A stretch of 64,000 bases of DNA, taken from positions 724,846 to 788,845 of the forward strand of contig OZ247427.1 of assembly GCA_965232815.1 (NCBI GenBank). Reading direction: 5' to 3'. Of this stretch, positions 37,278 to 47,171 are shown piece by piece; the first letter of the stretch is position 1, and each line of letters opens with the position of its first letter. The notes beneath the pieces were generated by a model. That model made no database searches. It had not been told where the DNA came from and saw nothing but the letters and a program-made list of their open reading frames with translations. This DNA comes from Dehalococcoidia bacterium (GTDB lineage: Bacteria > Chloroflexota > Dehalococcoidia > Lucifugimonadales > UBA3495). The position numbers were made by a program, and so were the translations under genes.

Positions 37278-38462
37278 ATGGCAACCCTAACGTCGTTCCC
37301 CACCGACACCGTCGGGAAACGCCGCGCTCTCATGGACGCGGTGGAAAGCGTGCGCGCCACGCTGGAAGCGAGCGCCGCAGAGTCCGAAGAGACCGCCACC
37401 CTTTCCCGGGCATCTGTTGACGCCCTTTACGACTCAGGACTGCTGCGCCTCAAACTCCCTCACGTCCTGGGCGGAGCCGAAGCCGACCCCGTCACTCAAC
37501 TCGACGTCCTTGAAGCGGTCAGTCGCATCGATCCCGCGGCCGGCTGGTGCCTGATGATCGGCGCGGCCAGCCTGGGCGGTTCCGCCGCATTCCTTCCGGA
37601 TGATGCCATCGACGAGCTTTTCGAGGGCGGGATGCCGCCGCGCACTGCCGGCGCGTTCGCACCCTACGGCACCGCGATTCCGGTCGACGGCGGGTACCGT
37701 GTGAACGGCCGATGGCCCTTTGGCAGCGGAGTTCGACATTCCCAGTGGGTCTCCGCCGGCGCTCGGATCCCCGCCGGGGAACCCGGCGGACCACTCCAAC
37801 TCAGAATGGTCATGCCCACGGCCAGCGTGACCATCCACGACAATTGGCAGGTGATGGGATTGCGCGGCACCGGCAGTTGCGACTTTTCCGTGGATGACCT
37901 GTTCGTCCCCGCGCGGTTCGCCTGGGATATTTCACTGACTGAACCCCGACGAGGCGGGCCTTTGTATCGCCTGGGTCGACCCGGATTCGTCACCAACGAG
38001 CACTCGGCGTTCGCCCTGGGAGTGGGTCGCCGCGCGCTGGATGCCTTTGGTGAGGTCTCCGCATCCAAGACCCGTGGCTACAATTCCGCCAATCTGCTCG
38101 CCCACCGGCCCGTTTTGCAGCGCGCCTTGGGCGAGTCCGACATGCGTTTGCGTGCCGCCCGGGCGCTCAACGTCGAAATCCTGAGCGATGCCTGGGACGC
38201 GGTCTGCGCGGGACACACACCCGAACCGGCCCTCCAAGCCCAGATGCGGGCGGTGGCCACCCATACCACCGATGTCGCGGCCGACGTCGCCACACAGGCA
38301 TTCCGCTACGGCGGCGGGTCCGCGCTGTTCACCACCAACATACTGCAACAGTGCCTCCGCGACATCAACGCCGCGGCGCAGCACCAGATGGTCAGCGACA
38401 CCGCTTACGAAAACCACGGCCAGTTCCTGCTCGGCCTCCCCGACGCGCGCGTCATGGAATGA
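37278..38462 (+). CDS. Acyl-CoA-dehydrogenase-fold flavin-dependent monooxygenase/dehydrogenase (HsaA/DszC/SfnB-like)
   Basis: ATG 37278 lies 3 nt after the LLM stop. Motifs are ..ALYDSGLLRLKLP...GG.EADP......LEAVSRIDPAAGWCLMIG.., ..GGYRVNGRWPFGSG..HSQW.., ..WQVMGLRGTGS.DF.V.DLFVP... Confidence 0.65.
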   Translation: MATLTSFPTDTVGKRRALMDAVESVRATLEASAAESEETATLSRASVDALYDSGLLRLKLPHVLGGAEADPVTQLDVLEAVSRIDPAAGWCLMIGAASLGGSAAFLPDDAIDELFEGGMPPRTAGAFAPYGTAIPVDGGYRVNGRWPFGSGVRHSQWVSAGARIPAGEPGGPLQLRMVMPTASVTIHDNWQVMGLRGTGSCDFSVDDLFVPARFAWDISLTEPRRGGPLYRLGRPGFVTNEHSAFALGVGRRALDAFGEVSASKTRGYNSANLLAHRPVLQRALGESDMRLRAARALNVEILSDAWDAVCAGHTPEPALQAQMRAVATHTTDVAADVATQAFRYGGGSALFTTNILQQCLRDINAAAQHQMVSDTAYENHGQFLLGLPDARVME

Positions 38463-38566
38463 TGCTGCCGTTGAAGCGTGGCCTCGTTGAGTCGCGCTCG
38501 CGTTGAACGGTGCTCCCGTCGAATGATCCTCCCGTTGAACCACACCGCCGTGTTATCATCCCGCCG

Positions 38567-39433
38567 ATGCCCGCCGCCATTCGCAAAGCCGTAATCCCCG
38601 CCGCCGGCCTCGGGACCCGTTTCCTGCCCGTCACCCGCTCGGTTCCCAAGGAACTGCTGCCCATCCTGGACCGCCCCATGCTGCAATACGTGGTGGCCGA
38701 GGCTGCGGAGGCCGGCATCACCGACGTTATCGTCGTAACGTCTCCCGGCAAGGAGGGCATTGCCGAGTACTTCCGACCGCGTCCCGACCTTGAGGAACGC
38801 CTGGCCGATGACGCGGCGCTGCTGGAAAAGGTGCGGTCCGGCGCAAGGCTTGCCAACGTTTCATTCGTCATCCAGGAGGAGCCGCTGGGCCTGGGCCACG
38901 CCGTGCTCACCGCCCGCGACGCAGTGGGCGACGAACCCTTCGCCGTCATCCTGCCGGACGACATCATCGCTCACGATCCGGGAGCATTGTCCCAGATGAT
39001 GGCAGCCACCCCCGACGATGCGGCATCCGTCGCAGTCGAGCGTGTCCCCTGGGAGATAGTGCACAACTACGGCGTCGTCGACACCGAGTCGAGCGATGAC
39101 AACCTTCACCTGGTGCGCGGCCTCGTTGAAAAGCCGCCGCCCGGCACGGCGCCGTCCAACCTGTCCATCGTGGGCCGCTACCTGTTGCCCGCAGCCGTTT
39201 TCGACTGCCTGGAACGCACTCCGCCCGGCGCCCGCAACGAGATCCAACTCACCGACGGTTTGGCCCTGCTGATGGAGGACACGCCGCTCTACGCCTGCGA
39301 GTTCGAGGGCATCCGCTACGACGGCGGCAACCCCATGGGCCTGCTGCGCGCATCCCTGGAGCACGCCCTGCAACGCGACGACACTCGTGAAGCGGCCACC
39401 GCGCTCATCAAAGAACTCGCCGCGCAACTGTAA
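38567..39433 (+). CDS. galU: UTP-glucose-1-phosphate uridylyltransferase
   Basis: IRKAVIPAAGLGTRFLPVTRSVPKELLPILDRPMLQYVVAEA..AGI.., ..QEEPLGLGHAVL.A...VGDEPFAVILPDD... Confidence 0.9.
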   Translation: MPAAIRKAVIPAAGLGTRFLPVTRSVPKELLPILDRPMLQYVVAEAAEAGITDVIVVTSPGKEGIAEYFRPRPDLEERLADDAALLEKVRSGARLANVSFVIQEEPLGLGHAVLTARDAVGDEPFAVILPDDIIAHDPGALSQMMAATPDDAASVAVERVPWEIVHNYGVVDTESSDDNLHLVRGLVEKPPPGTAPSNLSIVGRYLLPAAVFDCLERTPPGARNEIQLTDGLALLMEDTPLYACEFEGIRYDGGNPMGLLRASLEHALQRDDTREAATALIKELAAQL

Positions 39434-39456
39434 CCATCTCTTCCAAGGGTTGATCC

Positions 39457-40386
39457 ATGAAAGTAGCAGTGATGGGAGCCGGCAGCATCGGCGGATACTT
39501 CGGCGGGATGCTGGCCCGCGATGGCCACGACGTCACCCTCATCGCCCGCGGTGAGCATCTGGACACCATTCGTCGCGACGGCCTGAAGATGCAGACCGAG
39601 GCCGGCGATTTTGTGGTGCCATGCTCCGCCACCGACAGTCCGGGCGATGTCGGTCCCGTTGACCTCGCCCTGCTCACCACCAAGACATACCACAACGCCG
39701 ACGCGGTGCCGGCCATGTCGCCCATGGTTGGGCCGGCCACGGCGGTCCTCTGCTTGCAGAACGGCATCGATTCGTTCCAGCCGTTGCTGGGCGCGTTCCC
39801 AAACGCGGTGGTATTGCCCGGCGCGGCCTACATCGAGGCCGGCCGCCTGGGCCCCGGGGCCGTCCGGCAAGCCGGCCCAGTTGTTCGCATAGTCACCGGA
39901 CCCGTCCGCGGCGCTGACCCCGCCCACGGCCGACACGCGCAGGCAATCGCCGAAGCGTTTCAGGCCGCGGGAGTGCCAGCCGAAGCCTCCGGCGACATCG
40001 CGGTGACCCTGTGGACCAAGTTCCTGTTCATTGCCACCATGGCCGGTACCAGTTCGTTGGCCCGCGAGTACATCAACGACCTGCTGCCTCGCCCCGAGTG
40101 GCGCAAGATCATCATCGGCTGCATGGAGGAAATCGAACGAGCCGGGCGCGCTTCCGGCGTGGACCTGGCGGCGGGCATCGTAACGGACACCCTGATCTAC
40201 ATCGAGTCCGGCGGCGCCGCCATGCGGGCGTCCATGCACGCTGACCTGGTGGCCGGCCGGCCCATGGAACTAGAAGCCCTGAACGGAGCAGTCGTCCGCG
40301 CCGGCGAGACAACCGGAACGCCCACACCCATCAACGACGTGATCTACGCCGCGCTCAAACCCTACGCGGCCGGCTCTAACACGTAA
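39457..40386 (+). CDS. panE: 2-dehydropantoate 2-reductase (ketopantoate reductase family)
   Basis: MKVAVMGAGSIGGYFGGMLARDGHDVTLIARGEHL..I...GL and the C-terminal ..SM..D...GR..E...LNG.VVR.G...G.PTP.N...Y. Confidence 0.8.
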   Translation: MKVAVMGAGSIGGYFGGMLARDGHDVTLIARGEHLDTIRRDGLKMQTEAGDFVVPCSATDSPGDVGPVDLALLTTKTYHNADAVPAMSPMVGPATAVLCLQNGIDSFQPLLGAFPNAVVLPGAAYIEAGRLGPGAVRQAGPVVRIVTGPVRGADPAHGRHAQAIAEAFQAAGVPAEASGDIAVTLWTKFLFIATMAGTSSLAREYINDLLPRPEWRKIIIGCMEEIERAGRASGVDLAAGIVTDTLIYIESGGAAMRASMHADLVAGRPMELEALNGAVVRAGETTGTPTPINDVIYAALKPYAAGSNT

Positions 40387-40413
40387 CCGCCCGCGCTGCG
40401 GACACGCCCAGGG

Positions 40414-41220
40414 CTACAGCGAATAGCTGCGGAATAATTCCCGCGCCGCCAGCTTGTCGTCCAGCGACCCGAACGCCATTGTGTAGTAGCCGTCGTATCC
40501 TGCTGACTCCAGCCGCCGGAATGTGGCGGGAAAATCGATGTTGCCCTGCCCGGGCAGCATGTGGATTTCCACCTCTCCGGTATTGTCGGCCAGACGCACT
40601 TCGCCGATCCGGCTCACGTCCAATGCGTCGATGAAACCACCAATACCTTCAGGGACCAGGTTGGCGTGGTTAACGGTGAAAGCCCAGCCGAACCGCTCCG
40701 ACGCGATGGCATCAAAGAAGTACCGGCACTCCTCAACGGTGTGTCCCAGGTAGTGGACCTCCGCCGCGTCCGGCTCCCAGTTCAGGTTTTCGAAGAAAAG
40801 GCTGACGCCGCTGTTTTCTGCATAATCCGTCGCCCGCAGCAACCGTTCCCTCGCCGCTTCCATCCGCTCAGGAATCGCAGAGCTGAAGTGCATGCCGGCG
40901 TGGACGACCACGCCATGGGCGGTGATCCGACGGGCCAGGTCAATGTTGCCTCGCAGGTAGGCATCCACGGCGTCGCTGACGTGCGGAGCGAACTCAGCCA
41001 CGTTGACCGAGGACCCAGTGTGCACCGTGACGGCGATCTCGTTGGCGTCCATGACGGTGCGGGCGGCGCGCAGGCGCTCTTGTGGCCAGTTGTCCACCCG
41101 GTTGGGACCGGTGTCCGCCGAAAAGTCGAGGTAGTGGAAACCATGCTCGGCGGCGAAAGCCAGGGAGTCCTCCAGCCTGGTCGCCCCGCCGTCGTAGCCG
41201 ATCCGTTCGATGAAATCCAT
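40414..41220 (-). CDS. Sugar phosphate isomerase/epimerase (xylose-isomerase-like TIM barrel)
   Basis: The inner ATG 41220 (MDFIERIGYDGG..). Motifs are ..VVVHAG.., ..LFFENLNWEP.., ..FTVNHANL.., and ..H.LPGQG.IDF.... Confidence 0.7.
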   Translation of the reverse strand: MDFIERIGYDGGATRLEDSLAFAAEHGFHYLDFSADTGPNRVDNWPQERLRAARTVMDANEIAVTVHTGSSVNVAEFAPHVSDAVDAYLRGNIDLARRITAHGVVVHAGMHFSSAIPERMEAARERLLRATDYAENSGVSLFFENLNWEPDAAEVHYLGHTVEECRYFFDAIASERFGWAFTVNHANLVPEGIGGFIDALDVSRIGEVRLADNTGEVEIHMLPGQGNIDFPATFRRLESAGYDGYYTMAFGSLDDKLAARELFRSYSL

Positions 41221-41228
41221 ATCCGGTG

Positions 41229-41939
41229 TTACACCTCTGCGCCGGCGGTCAACTTGCCGGGAATCCAATCCCGCAGCAGATCCATCAACTCTATCCGGCA
41301 CTCGTCCAGGCGATGTTCCGCCCCTTCATAGAGCACCAACTCCCGCGGATCCTTGGCCCAGTCGTGAATCGCCACCGCACACGAGAATGGCAGCCTGGTA
41401 TCGGCCTTGCCATGCACCACCAGCAGCGGCGTCGGCGACAGCATGCCCGCGCCCTGAGCGCCGTAAGTCTGGGGAGACAGGGACACGACGCCCGCCACGT
41501 GATCGCTGAACGCGCCCGCAGCTATCACCACCGCTCCGCCGAAAGAATGACCTACCACAACCACCGGCCCGTACTCCATGGCTCGCAGAAAGTTGACGCC
41601 CGCCAGCAGGTCCAGGGCGCATTCTTGGATCTCATTGGGTTGCCGGTAGTCCATCCTCAACGAGGTGATCCCGTTGCCGATGAACTCCTCCGACAGATCG
41701 GCGTACATGCCACTGGCCGGCCCGCCGAAACCTCCGCGGGCGCCGCACACCCAGATCACCGCCCGCTTGGTATCTGGCGCAGCATGGAGAATCGCCCGAA
41801 TGTCGCCCCGATTAGTGCGTATCACCAGCCCTTCGCCCGCGTCGCCCTCGTGCGGAGCGCCCACCAGCACTTCTTCAATCGCCATCCCCAGGCGGGATTC
41901 GGCGCCGGATGACCCGCCCGCGTCACCTTGGTTCGTCAT
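41229..41939 (-). CDS. Alpha/beta hydrolase (dienelactone-hydrolase-like)
   Basis: GHSFGG nucleophile elbow, ..LLVVHGKADTRLP.. and ..EGAEHRLDE.. (Asp/His region). Confidence 0.7.
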   Translation of the reverse strand: MTNQGDAGGSSGAESRLGMAIEEVLVGAPHEGDAGEGLVIRTNRGDIRAILHAAPDTKRAVIWVCGARGGFGGPASGMYADLSEEFIGNGITSLRMDYRQPNEIQECALDLLAGVNFLRAMEYGPVVVVGHSFGGAVVIAAGAFSDHVAGVVSLSPQTYGAQGAGMLSPTPLLVVHGKADTRLPFSCAVAIHDWAKDPRELVLYEGAEHRLDECRIELMDLLRDWIPGKLTAGAEV

Positions 41940-41942
41940 GTT

Positions 41943-44300
41943 CTAGTCATCCTGTCCCTCGCGACTCACACCGCCGACCGGCTCTGCCGCTATTTCCTCG
42001 TCATCGTCGTCCAGATGCAGATCCGGCACCTGAGGAGCCTCCAAAGGCAACCCGATAACCATTTCGGTATATTCCCCGGCCTGCGATTGCACCTCGATGG
42101 TGCCGCCGTGCTCCCGGATAATGTCGTTGCATATCGAGAGGCCGAGTCCAGTGCCTTGCCCGGTGGGTTTGGTGGTAAAGAAGGGATTGAAGATCTGTTC
42201 GATGATGTCCGGCGGCATCCCGCTGCCGTTGTCCCTAATCCTCACCTCGACGTGGTCTTCCATACGTCGTGTGGTCAGGGTCAACGTGGGCATGTAACCG
42301 TTATCGCCGCCGGATTCCACCAGGTGGCGTCGTCTTTCGTCAGTGGCGTAGCAAGCGTTGCTCACCATATTCAGGAACACCCGACCGATATCCCGAGGAT
42401 TGATGTTGATATCGTCCATTTCCTCGAATTCGTACTGCAGGTCCAATTGGAAATCGGAATCCAGCGCCCGGGCGCTGTGGTATGCGAGACGCGCATGCTC
42501 ATCCAGCAGGTTGTTAACGCTGCTCATCTGGTGGGTGACGGACTCACGACCCATCAGCAGCATGTCCTGCACGATTCGATTCGCCCGGTCGCCGTGCATC
42601 CGTATGCGTTCCAGGTTTTCGGTCAGGTCGGAGAAGATGTCATCAATCAGGCCCTTTTGCTCGTCATCCAGCGCTCCGTCCTCGTTCTCGTCCAGGGTTT
42701 CGCGCATTTCGACCAGCAACTCCTCAGACGATTCGGAGAAGTTCTTGACAAAATTCAACGGATTCCTGATCTCGTGAGCTACGCCAGCGGTCAGCTGACC
42801 CAGCGAGGCCAGTTTCTCCTGCGCAACGATGCGGTCCTGCGCCGCCGTCAGGTTTTCCAAAACCTCTTCCAGCTCGTGGTTCTTGCCGTCCAGTTCGGCG
42901 TTGATGCCTTCGAGTTCGGCGTTTTTGCCTTCCAGCTCCTCAGCCAGTTGCTCAACCAGGTTCAACCGGATCGCCTCTTGAGCGTGGCGACGGAATACCT
43001 CCAACGCCGCGGCCATGTCGGCCACCTCATCACGCCCGCCGATGTCGACTTCGGCGTCCAAGTCTCCGCCCGCCATTCTTCGCATCCAGCCGGACAGCAA
43101 CTCCAAGCGACGCAGGAGCACCCGGCCCACGAAAAGCCAGGCAATCAGCAAGCCGCCGCCGATGCTGATCAAAGTGATTACGATCAGCAGCAGGCGGCCC
43201 GTGAATATCGCCTGCGACGCGGCATCGGTCGCGACCTGGGCGCCCGCCTCGGCTCCAACCACCAAAGCGTCCACCTCGTCGATCAACAACGCCGCGATCA
43301 ACTGGTTGTTTTCAAGCAGCAATTCCTGGCGTTCGGACAAGGCCAACTGTTCAGCGCGAACGCTGAAACCGTTCCCGTCCGCCAATCCCATTTCAAGCAA
43401 CCGTTCGAATTTCGGGGCGATCTCATCATGCAACGGCGTCCCTCTCAACTGGAACAGGTTGCTTTGGATGTGATGCGCGGACGATTCAAACCGTTCCCGC
43501 AGCGGTTCAATGAGCGACGGCTCCGAAATGATCGCCGCGCTGGACAAAAGCTGCGTCGCGATATTCGCATTGGATCGCAATTCTGCCAGGTGCCGGTATC
43601 GTTCCAGCTGTGCTTCTGACAGGTGCTCCGTCCGTGCCACCTTCGGTTCGTTCAGTTCCTGAAAGCCCGTGACCGTGAAGAAGAGTTGGTCATCCATCTC
43701 CCCCACGATGATGCCGTTGAGTTCGAATCGCAGTTCTTCCAGTTCCGCCCCCATTGTGGCCGACTGATCGCTGAGGGTGAAATTGGACCAGATGCTGTTG
43801 TTGATACCGGCAATGTTATCGATCAACGCCCCCGAATAGGTGTGTATGCGACCGAACCTCGCCTCCTCGCCGCCACGGCCTTCCAGGATGGACAGTTGCT
43901 CGTTGAAGGACTCGTGTGCGTCGGCGATCTGAACTCCCACACCGGCCACTTCATCGGGCGTGGCCGCAACGGATAGCTCTGCGGCCGCTGCAACCAGGTT
44001 ATTGCTGTACTGCGCAACACCGAACGCGGCGGCCAGTTCCGGTACGCTTCCCTCATTGACACGTGTCTGCGCCGCTGCTACCTGGTTGAACGAAATCCAC
44101 CCAACGAGGCAGGCCGCAAAGGTCAATGCGACCGCGCCTCCGATCGCCAGGTAGAGTTGGGCCGATATCCGGAAACGCAGCTCCAGAATGTCCCTGGGCC
44201 GCAACTGCCGAGCTTTTCGGCCGAGCTCGGGGATTCCGCTCAAGTTCGGGCTTCGGAGCCTACGGCCCAGTTCCCGAAGCTTGCCGATCTTCTGCTTCAT
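41943..44300 (-). CDS. Membrane sensor histidine kinase (large extracytoplasmic domain, HAMP, coiled coil, HisKA, HATPase_c)
   Basis: Two TM segments flank a roughly 330-aa sensor. The HAMP is ..RRMAGGDLDAEVDIGGRDEVADMAAALEVF... A heptad coil follows (ELEGKNAELEGINAELDGKNHELE). The H-box is AGVAHEIRNPLNF, and the N/G boxes are ..NACYA.. and ..TKPTGQGTGLGLS... Confidence 0.85.
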   Translation of the reverse strand: MKQKIGKLRELGRRLRSPNLSGIPELGRKARQLRPRDILELRFRISAQLYLAIGGAVALTFAACLVGWISFNQVAAAQTRVNEGSVPELAAAFGVAQYSNNLVAAAAELSVAATPDEVAGVGVQIADAHESFNEQLSILEGRGGEEARFGRIHTYSGALIDNIAGINNSIWSNFTLSDQSATMGAELEELRFELNGIIVGEMDDQLFFTVTGFQELNEPKVARTEHLSEAQLERYRHLAELRSNANIATQLLSSAAIISEPSLIEPLRERFESSAHHIQSNLFQLRGTPLHDEIAPKFERLLEMGLADGNGFSVRAEQLALSERQELLLENNQLIAALLIDEVDALVVGAEAGAQVATDAASQAIFTGRLLLIVITLISIGGGLLIAWLFVGRVLLRRLELLSGWMRRMAGGDLDAEVDIGGRDEVADMAAALEVFRRHAQEAIRLNLVEQLAEELEGKNAELEGINAELDGKNHELEEVLENLTAAQDRIVAQEKLASLGQLTAGVAHEIRNPLNFVKNFSESSEELLVEMRETLDENEDGALDDEQKGLIDDIFSDLTENLERIRMHGDRANRIVQDMLLMGRESVTHQMSSVNNLLDEHARLAYHSARALDSDFQLDLQYEFEEMDDININPRDIGRVFLNMVSNACYATDERRRHLVESGGDNGYMPTLTLTTRRMEDHVEVRIRDNGSGMPPDIIEQIFNPFFTTKPTGQGTGLGLSICNDIIREHGGTIEVQSQAGEYTEMVIGLPLEAPQVPDLHLDDDDEEIAAEPVGGVSREGQDD

Positions 44301-45592
44301 TGGGACGCCCTCCGCCGCGGGTTCAGGGTCTTGATCGGGACATACCCGCCGTCATCCGCGATCGTAGTCAGGAATACGGTATCGGAACCCTGGTTGTCGT
44401 TGTCTCCGTAGCGCAGTACAAACCCGTCCAGGTCAATCGGTTCGGGACTGTAAAGTTGCTCCAGGAAACACTGCCGGTCCACCTCTCGACCGCACCTTTC
44501 CAAACCGGCGATTGCCAACCGGCCGGCCAGATACCCCTCTAAAGAAACGAAGCCTGGAATCGCGTCGCTGTCATGTTCAGCAAGCGATTCCAGATAGGAC
44601 GACACGATGGGAACGGAAACGTCGGTCGGGAACGGCACCACTTGCGTGACGTAGACCCCGGCGCCTCCGGCGCCCAATTCCTCCGCCAAGGCATTGCTGC
44701 CCACGAACGACACGGTCATGAATTCCCAGTCTTCGCCGATGTGCCGCGCCCAGGCAATCAGCGACGCCACCGGCCGATACGCCCCGATTATGATCACCGC
44801 CTGTGGGTCGCCCCTTTTCAGGTCCAGCAGCCCGGTTTTTACCGCGGTGGTGTTTCTGGGATAAAGCCCGACGGAGACCGGTTGCATATCCCGCCGGTTC
44901 AGCGCCTCCCTCGCCCCCTGGTAGCCGGCCCGTCCGAACGAATCGTCCTGGTACATCACTGCGATGCGCGTGATGCCCAGGTCGCCCGTCAACCGCGCCA
45001 CCATCTCCTCGGTTTCCTGGTTGTACGACGACCGCATGTTGACCACGTTGGGCAGGTTGCTCGCGTCCCTCAGAAACGCCGCGCCCGTAAATGGCGCGAT
45101 ATACGGTATTTTCGCCTCGCGCGCCACCGGGGTTGCAGAACGGGAAGTCGGCGTCCCAACCGCCCCGATTAGGGCGAAGACACCGTCGTCTATGAGTTGC
45201 GTCGTGTTGGCGATCGCCAGCTCAGGTTCGTATGTGTCGTCCAGCGAAGTCAGTTCCAGTTGCCGTCCGTGGACTCCGCCATTCCGGTTGGCCTCGGCGA
45301 ACGCCGCTTCGATGCCGAGCTTCATCCCGGCTCCCAACTGGCTCGCCAAACCGCTGAACGCCGCGGATTGGCCAAAAAGGATCCGGTCGTCAAATACGCC
45401 GGGAGATCCTGCTCCCTGGGGCGTCCGGGTTAAAGAAGCCTCAGTCGCAGCGCTGACGCCGGTAGCGGTGTCTGGTCTGAGTGATGCATCAGGAGTATCG
45501 CCGCCACAACTGGCGATACCCAAGGCAACCAAAACAACTACGACGGCATGTCGTAATACCCAGCCTGCTGGTAGGTCGAGTATTCTCCTCAT
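44297..45592 (-). CDS. Type-1 periplasmic solute-binding lipoprotein (LivK/Peripla_BP_6-like)
   Basis: The lipobox is LVALGIASCGG. ..FGQSAAFSGLASQLGAGMKLGIEAAFAEANRNGGVHGRQLEL.SLDD.YEP..A...T.QLI.DD.VFALIGAVGTPTS... ATGA overlaps occur at both ends (45589-45592 and 44297-44300). Confidence 0.8.
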   Translation of the reverse strand: MRRILDLPAGWVLRHAVVVVLVALGIASCGGDTPDASLRPDTATGVSAATEASLTRTPQGAGSPGVFDDRILFGQSAAFSGLASQLGAGMKLGIEAAFAEANRNGGVHGRQLELTSLDDTYEPELAIANTTQLIDDGVFALIGAVGTPTSRSATPVAREAKIPYIAPFTGAAFLRDASNLPNVVNMRSSYNQETEEMVARLTGDLGITRIAVMYQDDSFGRAGYQGAREALNRRDMQPVSVGLYPRNTTAVKTGLLDLKRGDPQAVIIIGAYRPVASLIAWARHIGEDWEFMTVSFVGSNALAEELGAGGAGVYVTQVVPFPTDVSVPIVSSYLESLAEHDSDAIPGFVSLEGYLAGRLAIAGLERCGREVDRQCFLEQLYSPEPIDLDGFVLRYGDNDNQGSDTVFLTTIADDGGYVPIKTLNPRRRASQ

Positions 45593-46002
45593 CCGCCCTT
45601 GCGCTTGACCATCGCCAACCGGTTCTTTCCGTCCTCCCGGCTGTAATGCAATTCGTCCATCATTTCCCGCACCAGGTGGATGCCGAGGCCTCCGATGGGC
45701 CGGTCCTCCAGTGATGCTTCAAGATCCGGTTCCATCGCGTCGTTCAGTGGGTCGAAAGGCCGACCGTCGTCGGAGATCTCCACTCGAACCTCGTCCGCGT
45801 CAGCATCCAGGGATACCTCTATCTCGCTGGCCTCGCCGCCGTAATTGACGATATTCACGCTCAATTCGTCCAGCACCAGGTTCACTTTAAAAATCAGATC
45901 CGGCGGCCAGTCGTCTTGCTCCCCCAGATCCTCCACTATCGCTGCGATTCGTTCCAGTTGGTCCAACGTCGGAGCGATTTTTAGGGATGCTGATGCGCTC
46001 AT
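45589..46002 (-). CDS. RsbW/SpoIIAB-like anti-sigma-type serine kinase (HATPase_c)
   Basis: The inner ATG 46002 lies 2 nt after the upstream stop. Motifs are ..VNLVLDELSVNIVNYGG.., ..ISDDGRPFDPL.., ..GGLGIHLVREMMDEL.Y.R.DGKN.L... Confidence 0.75.
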   Translation of the reverse strand: MSASASLKIAPTLDQLERIAAIVEDLGEQDDWPPDLIFKVNLVLDELSVNIVNYGGEASEIEVSLDADADEVRVEISDDGRPFDPLNDAMEPDLEASLEDRPIGGLGIHLVREMMDELHYSREDGKNRLAMVKRKGG

Positions 46003-46004
46003 TA

Positions 46005-47171
46005 TCAACCCTCTGTGCACCTCAGAGCCAAACAAGTTATATCGTCAAACTGAGGAGCATCTCCGGCGAACTCGGTCACTGTGTCGAATATCGACTCAAT
46101 GGTCGTACGGCAATTATCCATTGGCGAGTCGAAAATCTCCAACAGACGATCCATGCCGAATTCTTCGCTTTGGTCGTTGAATGCTTCGGTAACGCCGTCT
46201 GTGTAGAAAACAACCGTATCGCCCGGCGAGCAGGTGACGCTGGCTTGCTCGAAGTCCGCTCCGTCCATCACCCCCAACGCGATTCCGTTGGTGCTCGGCA
46301 GGACGGTGTGCGTGCCATCTGCGTGAATCAAAACCGGAAGTGTGTGCCCACCGTTGGCGTAGGTCAAAACCCTGCTCTGCGGGTCATACACCGCGTACAG
46401 CAACGTCACGAACATCATCGCTTCGTTGTCCTCGTACAACAGTTGGTTTACCTCGTTCAGCACTTTGGCCGGGTCGTATAGGCCGATCGCAGTTCCTTTC
46501 AACAACGTCCTGCTGGCCATCATGAACAGGGCTGCCGGCACTCCCTTGCCCGACACATCAGCTATGGCGAGGCCGAGGTGCCCATCCTCCAGGTTGAATA
46601 TGTCGAAGAAGTCTCCCCCTACTTCCCTCGCCGGAGTCATGTTCCCGCAGACTTCATAGAACGGCGATTCGGGAAATTCGGTCGGCAGAATACTTTGCTG
46701 CATCTTGCTGGCAATATCCAGCTCGTTCTCTATCGCCACCAACCGCATGCGCGAAGATTCCGCTTGACGCCACGCTTGCAGGTTGTTGAGCGTTCGCTCG
46801 ATGGTCACCCTCAAGTCGTCGAAGTCCAGGGGTTTGGTTACAAAGTCAAACGCCCCGCGGTTCATCGCAGCCCGAATGTTTTTCATGTCCCCATAGGCTG
46901 AGATGATCACCGACCGGGTGTCCGGCGCCACGTCCGGAATCCGCTCCAACAGTGAGAGGCCGTCCATCTGTGGCATGTTGATGTCCGACAGGACCATGTC
47001 AATGTCCGCGTCCTGCCCCAGTTTCTGTAACGCCTCTACTCCGTTCTGTGCGAAAACAAACTGGTACTGGCCCGAGCGGATACTCCGGCGCATCCTCTGC
47101 AGGACCAGCGGCTCCAGGTCGGGCTCATCGTCGACCACCAGTATGCGATATGCTCCTGCCGCCTCATCCAT
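46005..47171 (-). CDS. Response-regulator receiver fused to a PP2C (SpoIIE/RsbU-type) phosphatase
   Basis: The REC is RILVVDDEPDLE....MVLSDINMPQMDGLSLL...VIISAYGD..FDFVTKPLDF. The PP2C is ..PAREVGGDFFDIF.., ..LAIADVSGKGVPAALFM.., ..VVFYTDGVTEA.., and ..QFDDIT.... Confidence 0.85.
   Translation of the reverse strand: MDEAAGAYRILVVDDEPDLEPLVLQRMRRSIRSGQYQFVFAQNGVEALQKLGQDADIDMVLSDINMPQMDGLSLLERIPDVAPDTRSVIISAYGDMKNIRAAMNRGAFDFVTKPLDFDDLRVTIERTLNNLQAWRQAESSRMRLVAIENELDIASKMQQSILPTEFPESPFYEVCGNMTPAREVGGDFFDIFNLEDGHLGLAIADVSGKGVPAALFMMASRTLLKGTAIGLYDPAKVLNEVNQLLYEDNEAMMFVTLLYAVYDPQSRVLTYANGGHTLPVLIHADGTHTVLPSTNGIALGVMDGADFEQASVTCSPGDTVVFYTDGVTEAFNDQSEEFGMDRLLEIFDSPMDNCRTTIESIFDTVTEFAGDAPQFDDITCLALRCTEG

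Noticed and set aside
42868-42945. Short tandem 21-nt periodicity that could be mistaken for a repeat array
   Set aside because: It lies inside the histidine kinase and encodes heptad repeats of a coiled coil (ELEGKNA/ELEGINA/ELDGKNH). It is not a CRISPR or intergenic repeat.
41928-43619. 563-aa plus-strand ORF opposite the histidine kinase
   Set aside because: It is a shadow ORF, and the minus strand has complete HAMP, HisKA and HATPase motifs. The same reasoning applies to 50913..51950, 52147..53121, 55108..56199, 16290..17036, 60820..61665 and the other long antisense entries in the track.
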